Positions 37,449 through 47,418 of a stretch of DNA of 64,000 bases are shown here, piece by piece; the first letter of the stretch is position 1, and each line of letters starts with the position of its first letter. Under the pieces are notes generated by a model that did no database searches, was not told where the DNA came from, and worked only from the letters and a program-made list of their open reading frames with translations. A program made the translations under genes and the position numbers. The stretch spans positions 7,277 to 71,276 of the forward strand of contig CAMAVS010000007.1 in assembly GCA_945861665.1 (NCBI GenBank). The letters are read 5' to 3'. Source of the stretch: Chitinophaga pinensis (GTDB taxonomy: Bacteria > Bacteroidota > Bacteroidia > UBA4408).

Positions 37449-38636
37449 TTGTTTGACACAGAAAGAAGAGAAGAGTCGTCCGTCCTGATTGGAATTATAA
37501 ATCAGCAGCAGGATGAATATACTTCGGAGGAATATTTGAGTGAGTTGGCTTTTCTGTCTGAAACCGCAGGATTTAAACCTGTAAAACGTTTTTCGCAAAA
37601 AGTAAGTAAGCAAGATCCACGTACCTTTATTGGAAGCGGAAAAATTGCCCTTATTGCCGAATACATCAAAGAACACAAAGTTGATATAGCTATTTTTGAC
37701 GATGAGTTAAGTCCATCTCAATTGCGAAATATTGAGAAAGAATTGAATTGCAAAATTCTTGATCGTACCACACTCATATTGGAAATATTTGCGCAACGGG
37801 CGCAAACAGCACACGCAAAAACACAAGTCGATCTTGCCTATTATCAATATATGTTGCCGCGACTGAAAGGGATGTGGACACATTTGGAAAGGCAACGAGG
37901 TGGCACAGGTACAAGAGGTGGTTCAGGTGAGAAAGAGATAGAAACGGATAAACGTGTTATTCAACACAAAATAACTTTGCTAAAAGAAAAGTTGGTTGAG
38001 ATTGATAAACAAATGTCGACTCAACGAAAAAACAGGGGCGACATGATTCGGGTTGCTTTGGTTGGATATACCAATGTAGGGAAATCAACAATTATGAATT
38101 TACTCAGCAAATCAACCGTATTTGCTGAAAATAAATTGTTTGCTACATTGGATACAACTGTACGCAAAGTGGTGATAGATAATCTTCCTTTTTTACTTTC
38201 GGATACTGTAGGTTTTATACGCAAATTACCTACCAATTTAATTGAATCGTTTAAATCAACATTGGATGAAGTGCGCGAAGCAGATGTGTTGATACACGTG
38301 GTAGATATTTCGCAGCGCAACTTCGAAGACCAAATGAATGTGGTGAACGATACCTTGCGCGACTTAAAAGCATTAGATAAAAAAACAATATTGGTGTTTA
38401 ATAAAATTGATGCTTTTAGGTATATTCAAAAAGAAGAAGACGATTTAACGCCTTTTACACGGGAAAACATTTCGTTAGACGACCTTAAAAAAAGCTGGAT
38501 GAGTAAGCTCAATAGCCCTTGTATATTTATTTCGGCAACCGACAAAGAAAACGTTGATGAGTTTAAAAACACCATTTACAATTTGGTGAAGGAGTTGCAC
38601 GTAAAACGCTTTCCTTATAATAATTTATTGTACTAA
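37449..38636 (+). CDS. hflX: GTPase HflX
   Basis: LSPSQLRNIE, DRTTLILEIFAQRA, GEKEIETD, GYTNVGKST, LFATLDTT, DTVGF, NKID. Confidence 0.98.
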   Translation: MFDTERREESSVLIGIINQQQDEYTSEEYLSELAFLSETAGFKPVKRFSQKVSKQDPRTFIGSGKIALIAEYIKEHKVDIAIFDDELSPSQLRNIEKELNCKILDRTTLILEIFAQRAQTAHAKTQVDLAYYQYMLPRLKGMWTHLERQRGGTGTRGGSGEKEIETDKRVIQHKITLLKEKLVEIDKQMSTQRKNRGDMIRVALVGYTNVGKSTIMNLLSKSTVFAENKLFATLDTTVRKVVIDNLPFLLSDTVGFIRKLPTNLIESFKSTLDEVREADVLIHVVDISQRNFEDQMNVVNDTLRDLKALDKKTILVFNKIDAFRYIQKEEDDLTPFTRENISLDDLKKSWMSKLNSPCIFISATDKENVDEFKNTIYNLVKELHVKRFPYNNLLY

Positions 38637-38710
38637 TAAATTGCTTTAAACAAGCAGTATTGATACATTTGCGCATTCAACTTTTCCAACAAAGTTCTTT
38701 ATAAATATAT

Positions 38711-38782
38711 GGTTTCGTAGTTCAACGGATAGAATAGAAGTTTCCTAAACTTTTGATCCCAGTTCGATTCTGGGCGAGACTA
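38711..38782 (+). tRNA. tRNA-Arg(CCT)
   Basis: Acceptor GGTTTCG/CGAGACT, D-arm gttc-aacggata-gaat, anticodon loop TTCCTAA, T-arm cccag-TTCGATT-ctggg; CCA not encoded; TAnnTTTG motif at 38664-38671. Confidence 0.95.
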
Positions 38783-38808
38783 CTTTGATTTTAAAAACGT
38801 TTTTTACT

Positions 38809-39888
38809 CTATTTCCGTTTCATCCTATTCTTTACCCTTTCTATAAAACCTAACTCTGCTTTAGCACTTTCAATTTCGCCAATCAGAAAACCGTAAGGTT
38901 TTAACGATTCGATGTGATCGCAAACAATTTTAAACATTGCGATAAGAGGAATGGCAAGAAAAATTCCCGGTATACCCCAAACCAATTCACCAATAACCAA
39001 TGCTATGATAGTAAACAATGGATTAATCTTTACCTGTGAACCAACAATGAAAGGTTCCAGCAACCATCCTTGTATAAATTGTACTATACCATAAGTACCT
39101 ACAATTCCTATCAGAACAAAAAAATTAGCTCCATTCACAGCAGCTATTAATACTGTAATAATTGTACCTGTGATATTTCCAATGAAAGGTACAATTTCTA
39201 ATAAGCCGCAAAGAAATGCGAAAAATAAAGGATTTTTAAGTCCTAAAATTGAAAAGCCAATTCCATACATTATCCATAAACATACAATCATTTTTGCTAA
39301 CCCGAGAAGATACTGCTGCGATACGTTAGCCGCCATATAAACAACTTTTTCCATTTCCATTTGCTTTGAAGGAGGCGAAAGTTTAACAAAGAAATTCTTA
39401 ATATGACCACGATAATATAACAGACCAAAAACATAAACCAATATCAAAATTAAACCACTTAAGATACTCGCAAGTGACCCTGCCATAAAAGATATTCCGC
39501 CAGTAACAGTAGACTGCTGATCCTTCAGCAATTGCCATTGCTTTTCAACTGTAATGCCAAGCTGAGATGATATATATTCTTGAATTCGATTCGCTGTTTC
39601 AATTGCACGTTGCTTTATAAGTACAACGTCACCAGTTAGTTCTGAAATCTGCCACCCTAAGAGTGAAAAAACACCAACTATTAAAAACAGCAATACAAAT
39701 AAACATATAAGTGCAGCAATTCCCCTATGCAATTTCTTCTCCATCCATCTACAAAACGGCAAGAAGAGAGTTGCTAAAACAGAGCCAATAGCAAGTGGCA
39801 TAAGAAAATCTTTCGCAAAATGCAATCCTGCAAAAACAAGAAAAATAATCAAAAGTTTTTTTAAAATTGAATTGGTGCTAGTTGTCAT
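38809..39888 (-). CDS. AI-2E family transporter
   Basis: Multi-TM; EIVPFIG, LEPFIVG...INPL, WGIPGIFLAIP. Confidence 0.93.
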   Translation of the reverse strand: MTTSTNSILKKLLIIFLVFAGLHFAKDFLMPLAIGSVLATLFLPFCRWMEKKLHRGIAALICLFVLLFLIVGVFSLLGWQISELTGDVVLIKQRAIETANRIQEYISSQLGITVEKQWQLLKDQQSTVTGGISFMAGSLASILSGLILILVYVFGLLYYRGHIKNFFVKLSPPSKQMEMEKVVYMAANVSQQYLLGLAKMIVCLWIMYGIGFSILGLKNPLFFAFLCGLLEIVPFIGNITGTIITVLIAAVNGANFFVLIGIVGTYGIVQFIQGWLLEPFIVGSQVKINPLFTIIALVIGELVWGIPGIFLAIPLIAMFKIVCDHIESLKPYGFLIGEIESAKAELGFIERVKNRMKRK

Positions 39889-40087
39889 ATTTTAAATATT
39901 TATAAACTTCTTTATCAAAAAAATAATGAAACAAGTAAGCAATCCATTAAGATTCGGGTAGATTTTGCAATACAAATTTATCATAATTTCCTTACACTTA
40001 TATATGCATTAGGCCTCATTGACTTAGTAATAAATAATAAAATTAATTGCATATTGTTTCTTTTTATATCTTAGTAAACCAAATCAA

Positions 40088-41353
40088 TTGATTATGTACA
40101 GCAAAAGACACTTTATTAAAACGCTACTCCTTTCGGCAACTATCCCCTTTGCTTTAAAGGCTAAAAATATAATGAAACAAATACCAGAAGCTTTAAGCGA
40201 CCCTATACCCGATGATTTTTGGTTACAAATACGAAATGACTACAAACTGAAATCAGACTATATCAATCTTGAAAATGGCTATTACAGTATGATGGCACAA
40301 CCGGTTTTAGAAAATTATTTGAAAGATCTCCAAAGAGTAAATTTGGAAGGGTCTTACTATATGAGAACCGTTCAATATGAAGAAAGGCAAAAAATAAAGG
40401 AGCGCTTGGCAGCATTTATAGGATGTGACTCAACCGAACTAATTATTACACGAAATACAACAGAGTCGTTAGACACCATTATTTCGGGTTATAAATGGAC
40501 ATCGGGAGATGAAGCATTAATGGCAGAACAAGATTATGGAAGTATGTTGGATATGTTTAAACAACAAGCTAAGAGGGTTGGAATAATTAACAAAATGGTT
40601 TCTATCCCACTAAATCCCAAAAGTGATGAGGATATAGTTGGCTTGTACGAAAAGGCAATTACACCAAAAACAAAATTGCTGATGATATCGCATATCATAA
40701 ACATTACTGGACACATTTTACCTGTAAAAAAAATATGCGATATGGCACATCGTAAAGGCGTTGAAGTAATGGTGGACGGTGCACATGCAATAGCCCATTT
40801 TGATTTTAAAATATCTGAATTGGGCTGCGATTACTACGGAAGCAGTCTGCATAAATGGTTAGGAACTCCATTGGGAGCAGGTATTTTATATGTTCGTAAA
40901 GAAAAAATTAACACTATTTGGCCTTTGTTTGGAGAACTTGCTTATGCCGACAATGATATTCTTAAATTAAATCATACAGGAACAACAACCGTGGCTTGTA
41001 ACATTGCAATTCATCATGCAATAGATTATCATAATAAAATTGGTACTAAACGTAAAGAAGAGCGACTTCGATTTTTACAACAATATTGGACAAGCAAAGT
41101 AAAACCTGTTACTAATATTTATTTAAACACACCGAATGATATTAACAGAAGTTGCGCCATAGCAAATGTGGGAATTACAGGGATTAAACCCTCTGACTTA
41201 GCAAAAACATTGTTGAAAAAATACAAAATATGGACGGTCGCCATTGATTCGGCAAATGTTCAAGGAGTTCGTGTAACGCCTCATATATACACAACAATCG
41301 AGGAACTCGATTTGTTTGTTACAGCTCTAAAAGAAATTGCCAAGGGTAATTGA
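40088..41353 (+). CDS. Aminotransferase class V PLP enzyme (isopenicillin N epimerase/cysteine desulfurase-like)
   Basis: INLENG, ITRNTTES, VDGAHA, SSLHKWLGTPLGAG (PLP lysine), VRVTPHIY. Confidence 0.9.
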   Translation: MIMYSKRHFIKTLLLSATIPFALKAKNIMKQIPEALSDPIPDDFWLQIRNDYKLKSDYINLENGYYSMMAQPVLENYLKDLQRVNLEGSYYMRTVQYEERQKIKERLAAFIGCDSTELIITRNTTESLDTIISGYKWTSGDEALMAEQDYGSMLDMFKQQAKRVGIINKMVSIPLNPKSDEDIVGLYEKAITPKTKLLMISHIINITGHILPVKKICDMAHRKGVEVMVDGAHAIAHFDFKISELGCDYYGSSLHKWLGTPLGAGILYVRKEKINTIWPLFGELAYADNDILKLNHTGTTTVACNIAIHHAIDYHNKIGTKRKEERLRFLQQYWTSKVKPVTNIYLNTPNDINRSCAIANVGITGIKPSDLAKTLLKKYKIWTVAIDSANVQGVRVTPHIYTTIEELDLFVTALKEIAKGN

Positions 41354-41416
41354 TTAGCTAATCAAATGTTAATATATTTGTACGGCTTGATTTACACAAT
41401 TTAACACTCAACATTT

Positions 41417-43891
41417 ATGATAATTCAATACCGCTTCCCCTTCAAAAACTTTAGTTTTTTTGCTACACTTTTCTGTTTCTTGCATTTTAATACAAATGCT
41501 CAAGTTAAACTATATGGATTAACAAGCGCAGGCGGTACAGATGGAATAGGAACCATTTTTGAATTTAACCCTACGGGAGCTACACATACACTAAAGCAGT
41601 CTATGAAAAATTTGGCTCCGGGGAGTTTTCCTGCATACTTAGAACTAACTGATGGTGGTAACGGAAAGTTTTATGGTGTTGCCTCTGAAGGAGGCTCAAC
41701 AGATGAAGGTGTTATTTTTGAATGGGACCCAGCTACTAATATATATATCCGCAAAATTGATATGAATGGCGCAGGAGGTAGTTATCCATTTAGTACTATT
41801 GTATTGAACGCAGGAAAATTCTACGGAATGACACACTTGGGTGGAGCAAACGGCTTAGGTGCTATTTTTGAATGGGACCCCGTTACAAACATCTATATAA
41901 AGAAAAAAGATTTTGACCTTACTACCGGTGGACTTCCTTATGGCACATTAACACTTTACAATGGAAAGTTTTACGGACTTACACAGTATGGCGGTGCTAA
42001 TTTTTTCGGAACACTTTTTGAATGGGACCCTGTTACTAATATCTGTATAGCAAAGGTGAATTTCTCCGCTGCTATCGGAAGTAAGCCCTATGGCTCTTTA
42101 ACAGTTAGTGGTACCAAACTATACGGAATGACCCGTGATGGTGGAGCAACTAACGAAGGGGTAATTTTTGAATGGAATCCTGCTAATAACATCTATACAA
42201 AAAAAATAGATTTGAGCGCAACTCTCGGAAGTAGTCCTTACGGAACAATGATATTGAATGGAAGTAAATTCTACGGAATGACGAATGTCGGAGGAGCAAA
42301 CGGTAAAGGAGTAATTTTTGAATGGAATCCGGTAGGGAATGTGTATACAAAAAAAATTGATTTCACCGGAACAAACGGTGGTAACCCATACAGTAAATTA
42401 ACTCTTAATGGCACAAAATTATATGGTATAACCTACGGCGGTGGAGCAAACTCATTGGGCGTGATTTTTGAGTGGGACCCTATAGCTAACACCTACACTA
42501 AAAAAATAGATCTTAGCGCTTCAGGTGGCAGCAACCCTTTTAGTTCACTTGCTTTTGCAGGAGGTAAATTTTATGGCACCACTAATACCGGAGGAGCAAG
42601 AAACAAAGGAGTTATTTTTGAATGGGATCCAGCAGGAAATACCTACACTAAAAAAATTGATTTAAACATCAGTATAGGTAGTAATCCTTATGCGACATTG
42701 ACTTCGGATGGAGTAAGTAAATTTTATGGCAGCACTCTAAATGGAGGAGCAAATGCAGGTGGAATTATTTTTGAATGGAATCCTGTAAGCAATACCTATA
42801 CAAGTAAAATTGACCTCAGTACTGCGAACGGAATTAATCCACACGGAACAATGGTATGGTACAACAATAAGTTTTACGGAATGACTGAAAAAGGTGGGGT
42901 AAACGGACTCGGTGTTATATTTGAATGGGACCCTATAGCGAATGTGTATACCAAAAAAATTGACTTAACAAAAACAAATGGTAATAGTCCTTGGGGGAAC
43001 CTTACACTCAACGGAAATAAGTTTTACGGAATGACACACAATGGAGGAGCAACGGAGGAGGGAGTGATATTTGAATGGGATCCTGCAAGCAATGTGTATA
43101 CAAAAAAGAGAGATTTTAGCGCAGCAAGTGGTAGCAGCCCTTTCGGTTCATTAACAGAATACAATGGTAAACTTTATGGTATGACCAACAGTGGTGGTGC
43201 AAACAATGCAGGTGTTATTTTTGAGTGGGACCCAGTAACAAATACCTACACAAAAAAAATCGACTTTATAGCAGGAAATGGAACCAACCCTTTTGGATCA
43301 TTAACATTGGCTAACGGAAAATTCTATGGTCTTACTTATCAGGGCGGAGCAAACTTTGCAGGTGTTATTTTTAAATGGGACCCAGTAACAAATACCTACA
43401 CCAATAAAGCTGATTTTATGGGCCCTATAGGCAAAAACCCTTATGGTGCTATGACACTCATTGGAAGTAAGTTTTACGGTATGACCTCACAAGGGGGCGC
43501 AAACAATGTAGGGGTAATTTTTGAATGGGATACACTTACGAATATCTATTCCAAAGTTTTTGATTTTAGCCTTTCATTAGGGAGCATTCCATACGGAGAC
43601 TTCCTTGCATTTGATATTTCAATTATATCTGTGAAAGAAACTGCGTTATCAGATAAGTATATAAACATATATCCCAATCCGGCAAAATCAACACTTACAG
43701 TAGAAGCTAAAAATGGGGTGCTCGCAAAAAATGATTTGAGAATTACAACTATTTTGGGGCAAGAAATGCAAGTTAAAATTGACAATATAAATGTTTCAAA
43801 GGCAGCATTGGATGTCAGCGGACTTAGCCCAGGCTTCTATATACTACATTACGGTACAGATAAGCATATGGTAAAATTTGTAAAGGAGTAA
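41417..43891 (+). CDS. T9SS type A cargo with 14 GloVer-type (TIGR03803-like) repeats
   Basis: Fourteen ~50-aa repeats KFYGMTxxGGANxxGVIFEWDP; C-terminal IYPNPAK...LSPGFY..KFVKE; TAnnTTTG motif at 41373-41380. Confidence 0.9.
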   Translation: MIIQYRFPFKNFSFFATLFCFLHFNTNAQVKLYGLTSAGGTDGIGTIFEFNPTGATHTLKQSMKNLAPGSFPAYLELTDGGNGKFYGVASEGGSTDEGVIFEWDPATNIYIRKIDMNGAGGSYPFSTIVLNAGKFYGMTHLGGANGLGAIFEWDPVTNIYIKKKDFDLTTGGLPYGTLTLYNGKFYGLTQYGGANFFGTLFEWDPVTNICIAKVNFSAAIGSKPYGSLTVSGTKLYGMTRDGGATNEGVIFEWNPANNIYTKKIDLSATLGSSPYGTMILNGSKFYGMTNVGGANGKGVIFEWNPVGNVYTKKIDFTGTNGGNPYSKLTLNGTKLYGITYGGGANSLGVIFEWDPIANTYTKKIDLSASGGSNPFSSLAFAGGKFYGTTNTGGARNKGVIFEWDPAGNTYTKKIDLNISIGSNPYATLTSDGVSKFYGSTLNGGANAGGIIFEWNPVSNTYTSKIDLSTANGINPHGTMVWYNNKFYGMTEKGGVNGLGVIFEWDPIANVYTKKIDLTKTNGNSPWGNLTLNGNKFYGMTHNGGATEEGVIFEWDPASNVYTKKRDFSAASGSSPFGSLTEYNGKLYGMTNSGGANNAGVIFEWDPVTNTYTKKIDFIAGNGTNPFGSLTLANGKFYGLTYQGGANFAGVIFKWDPVTNTYTNKADFMGPIGKNPYGAMTLIGSKFYGMTSQGGANNVGVIFEWDTLTNIYSKVFDFSLSLGSIPYGDFLAFDISIISVKETALSDKYINIYPNPAKSTLTVEAKNGVLAKNDLRITTILGQEMQVKIDNINVSKAALDVSGLSPGFYILHYGTDKHMVKFVKE

Positions 43892-43897
43892 AGATTA

Positions 43898-45364
43898 CTA
43901 CCCCTTTATTCCAATAACAAGTATATCATCGGTTTGGTCGAAATTCTTTTTCCAATTATCTAAGGTTTTTCTGATTGCCTTTTCCTGCTCATTCATTGAG
44001 AGATTGTGTATGGAAAACAAGAGTTCCTTAAATGTTTTGCTTTTGAATTTTTTACCTGCTGGTCCTCCCATCTGATCAACAAAACCATCGGTAAAAACAT
44101 AAAGCGAATCGCCCGAATGAATTTTAATAGTGTGATTTGTAAAGGGCTTTAACTCGCTCAAATAAATGCCTATGGGTTGCTTGTCGGCCTTTATTTCTTC
44201 AATTACATTAGGAGGTAAAGTATTCGTAAGCACATTTGAAATGGCAAATTGTTTTTCGCTTGTTCCGTTTTTTTCTTCGTTGTTTCGAATAATCCATAAC
44301 GGGTTGTTCGCACCCGCATACTCAACAGTCCCTTCCTTATCATCAAAACTAAGCAATGAAATATCCATTCCATCCTTGTTTTCACCATCTACACCCGATT
44401 GTTTCAAGGAAGAAATGATGAGCACTCTTAGTTGATCCAAAATTTCGGAAGGGGTAGTAATACCCTTTTCATTTACTATTTGATTTAGAAAACCATTCCC
44501 AATCATACTCATAAATGCACCCGGCACACCGTGACCTGTAGAGTCCACGGCTGCTAATAATTTCTTCCCATTCTTTTCCGAGAACCAATAAAAATCGCCC
44601 GATACAATATCCCTTGGCTGGAACAACAAAAAAGAATCTGGAAACAATTTATTTTTCAATTCTTTAGGTGGAAGTATCGCTTCTTGTATCCGCTTCGCAG
44701 AGTTTATACTGTCCGTTATATCCTTGTTCTTTTCTTCGATTATTTCGTTTTTTACCTCAAGGAGTTTGTTGGATTCAACCAGTGCAAGCCGAGAAATAAT
44801 TTCTTTTTTTGTTAGGGAGTATCTTGAATGTATAAGTACAACGCAAATGAAAGCAACTGTTGCAACCAACATTCCGCCGTTCACCAAAATATCTTGTATG
44901 CTTAAAGGGCTCAATCCCTTTAAGAAAATAATATTTGCAATCAAAGAAATCACAACTACTGATATGGACCAAATAGGTTTCCACAGCACAAGCATACCTG
45001 CACCAATGAAAAGTGCGATGTAAGCAAAAACGTGTTTTTGAAGCATAGGAACATCCATTACACTCCACATGTAAGCGTTCTGCAAGGAGATGCCCATCAC
45101 AGGAATAAATATTAAAACTTCAGTGCTGATGTTTAATTTTTTACGAAGCAGTACGCCCAATAAGACAAGTGAAGTAACTCCTATACGCACTGCAAAAAAG
45201 GTTTTCCAGTATTCAGGTATTGTAAAATAATCGGCAACAAACCACATAGGGTTAAGCACAATAGCCACCCAACAAACAATTACATGGTGCTTGGTAGCAA
45301 TCCTTTCGAGTTCTATTTCCCAATCGGGTTTTAAAGGTATGTTCTTTTTAGCAGACAAGGTCAT
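43898..45364 (-). CDS. Multi-TM sensor with SpoIIE/PP2C phosphatase domain
   Basis: About six N-terminal TM helices, coiled coil, PRDIVSGDFYW, DSTGHGVPGAFMS, DGMD, FTDG, DDILVIG; TAnnTTTG motif at 45378-45385. Confidence 0.92.
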   Translation of the reverse strand: MTLSAKKNIPLKPDWEIELERIATKHHVIVCWVAIVLNPMWFVADYFTIPEYWKTFFAVRIGVTSLVLLGVLLRKKLNISTEVLIFIPVMGISLQNAYMWSVMDVPMLQKHVFAYIALFIGAGMLVLWKPIWSISVVVISLIANIIFLKGLSPLSIQDILVNGGMLVATVAFICVVLIHSRYSLTKKEIISRLALVESNKLLEVKNEIIEEKNKDITDSINSAKRIQEAILPPKELKNKLFPDSFLLFQPRDIVSGDFYWFSEKNGKKLLAAVDSTGHGVPGAFMSMIGNGFLNQIVNEKGITTPSEILDQLRVLIISSLKQSGVDGENKDGMDISLLSFDDKEGTVEYAGANNPLWIIRNNEEKNGTSEKQFAISNVLTNTLPPNVIEEIKADKQPIGIYLSELKPFTNHTIKIHSGDSLYVFTDGFVDQMGGPAGKKFKSKTFKELLFSIHNLSMNEQEKAIRKTLDNWKKNFDQTDDILVIGIKG

Positions 45365-45434
45365 GGATGGCTTTACACAAAGCTAATCAATTAATTATAC
45401 TATGTAACAGACAAAACTACATTTTAGTTTATGC

Positions 45435-47219
45435 CTATTGATTATTTATAACAATCAATTTACCACGCAACAAAACATTGGAGCCCTTTTGTAAGGCATA
45501 AAAATAGGATCCGCTTTCGACTTCATTCAATACTATTTCATTTCCATTGAGAGCAACTATTTTCACTTTATCTCCCATTAAATTATAGATGGTTAGCACA
45601 CACTGAGTATCTTCATAAACTCCTATCCCTTCAATGTATATTCGATCATTACATGGATTGGGGAACAGGCTAATTTTCGGTTTTACATCAGTGATTATTA
45701 TTTGCTCTACCAATTTATAATCAACAGCACAATCAGTAAATGCACTTCCTTGTAGTTGCCTTTGTTGAGCCGGAATAGTTCCGCTGCTAATAATGTTGGG
45801 GATACCTATGCTTGGCCACGTTGCATTAAAAGCAATGTAACCAGGCTTTATTTTTTTATAATAAGAAGTGTCGTTTAATGTATTTGTATTAGCAGGTTGT
45901 ATTGTTCCTTTAATGTTATTTCCGTGAGCAAAATGTCCGTTGCCACTTAATTGATACATTCCCATAAACGGGCCATTGTTTGTTACTTCATTGCCAACAA
46001 AATTCTGGTTGTTGCTTGGTGGATTGCTATTCATAAATATTCCATATAAATCAGCTCGGTTTCTAAAATAAGTATTGTAAGGACCATTTATTCCGTGCGA
46101 ATCATCAATTACAATGTTCTGCCCTGTATTACCTTCAAATAAATTTAAAAATGTATAATTACCGTGTAACACCATATCTCCTGCCGAGTTCGCGGGAAGT
46201 GCTCCGCTTACCCAATATGGGTTAACAGATGAATTGTATGCATATACGTTGCCATTTGCACCCGACTGAATTAACATAGAATGACGCAAGTGGTTAAATA
46301 CATTGTTCTCGATTAAACATTCGCCAGATGTGGCCTGCGCAACAACACCGTAAGCTTGTCCACCTCCACCGTATGCAAATGCATCGTGAAAATAGCATCC
46401 GCTAATTTCAATATTACTTGAATTTGAAATGGCAATATGTGCAAAATTGCAGGTATCACTCTCTACTCCTTTTACCCAACAATTGACGGCATAATTTATA
46501 TCGATGTTTGTAGTTTGACCTAAACTTTGATCGAGTCGCTTTATTTTCAAACACTCAATTCCCACTTCCTTTACAGGCAACATTTTTCTCACTCTACAAC
46601 TATCATTCAATACAAAACTCTTACGCAAGGGACTGTTTAAATTTATTCTGTTTCCAACAATTGTACTTATTTGTACTATTTGTCCTACTGAGCCGTATGC
46701 CCAATTTGAAAAAAGCAATGCGCTATCGTTTTGGAAAATTTTAATATAATCGTTTGCCTGAAATAATTGTGGATTGTCCAGTACAATAAAACTGCTATCC
46801 TTATCAGCATTGGCAATAAAACGAGCAATAGTGTTGCTGACAGAACCGTTAACGCGTATTAAATCACTTGCACCACTTAAATCAAAACTCAGTGTTGTGC
46901 TATCGGAAGAATTTCCTTTTAAAACAATGCTATCATTTAATACAATAGAGGATTGAAATAAATAATTACCTGAAGGAAAATAAATTATACTGCTGTTTCC
47001 ATTCAAAGAAGCAATGGCATTTTGTATGGCAACATCGTTTACTGTTAGGCCATCACCTACTCCGGCAAAATTTGTAATGTCAATTATATTTGCCGAAACA
47101 GTAATTGCTCCGCGATGACCCGCCAAGCTCCAATCGGTTCGCCTTGCAGATGGAATTACTTGAGCAAATAAAGATTGAACGGTTAATACTAAAAAAAGGA
47201 ATAGTGTTTTAAAATGCAT
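45435..47219 (-). CDS. T9SS type A cargo, pectate lyase/GH28-related parallel beta-helix protein
   Basis: DWSLAG, GDGLTVNDVAIQNAI..IYFPSGNY, IENNVFNHLRH, HGNY..NLFEGN; CTD LFPNPC...YNLMG..SGSYF; TAnnTTTG motif at 47224-47231. Confidence 0.85.
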   Translation of the reverse strand: MHFKTLFLFLVLTVQSLFAQVIPSARRTDWSLAGHRGAITVSANIIDITNFAGVGDGLTVNDVAIQNAIASLNGNSSIIYFPSGNYLFQSSIVLNDSIVLKGNSSDSTTLSFDLSGASDLIRVNGSVSNTIARFIANADKDSSFIVLDNPQLFQANDYIKIFQNDSALLFSNWAYGSVGQIVQISTIVGNRINLNSPLRKSFVLNDSCRVRKMLPVKEVGIECLKIKRLDQSLGQTTNIDINYAVNCWVKGVESDTCNFAHIAISNSSNIEISGCYFHDAFAYGGGGQAYGVVAQATSGECLIENNVFNHLRHSMLIQSGANGNVYAYNSSVNPYWVSGALPANSAGDMVLHGNYTFLNLFEGNTGQNIVIDDSHGINGPYNTYFRNRADLYGIFMNSNPPSNNQNFVGNEVTNNGPFMGMYQLSGNGHFAHGNNIKGTIQPANTNTLNDTSYYKKIKPGYIAFNATWPSIGIPNIISSGTIPAQQRQLQGSAFTDCAVDYKLVEQIIITDVKPKISLFPNPCNDRIYIEGIGVYEDTQCVLTIYNLMGDKVKIVALNGNEIVLNEVESGSYFYALQKGSNVLLRGKLIVINNQ

Positions 47220-47418
47220 TTTACAAACCTATGCATTTTTTTCAACAGATTTTTTTGGTCTTAATTGCTTGTAAGTTGAAAAAAATTAGAGTGAATATTT
47301 TTAAAAAAAATAATAATTATTATACATTGAAATAATATAGATTTAATTTCCAGCTATTATCATTGCTGCCGTCAAAACAAATAATCAATTATAATAAAAA
47401 CCACTTAAAAACAATTTT

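Noticed and set aside
41500-43610. Regularly spaced DNA repeats (ttttgaatgggaccc-like) resembling a CRISPR array
   Set aside because: The period is about 150 nt, the repeats are in frame within one ORF and vary at codon third positions, and no cas genes are present
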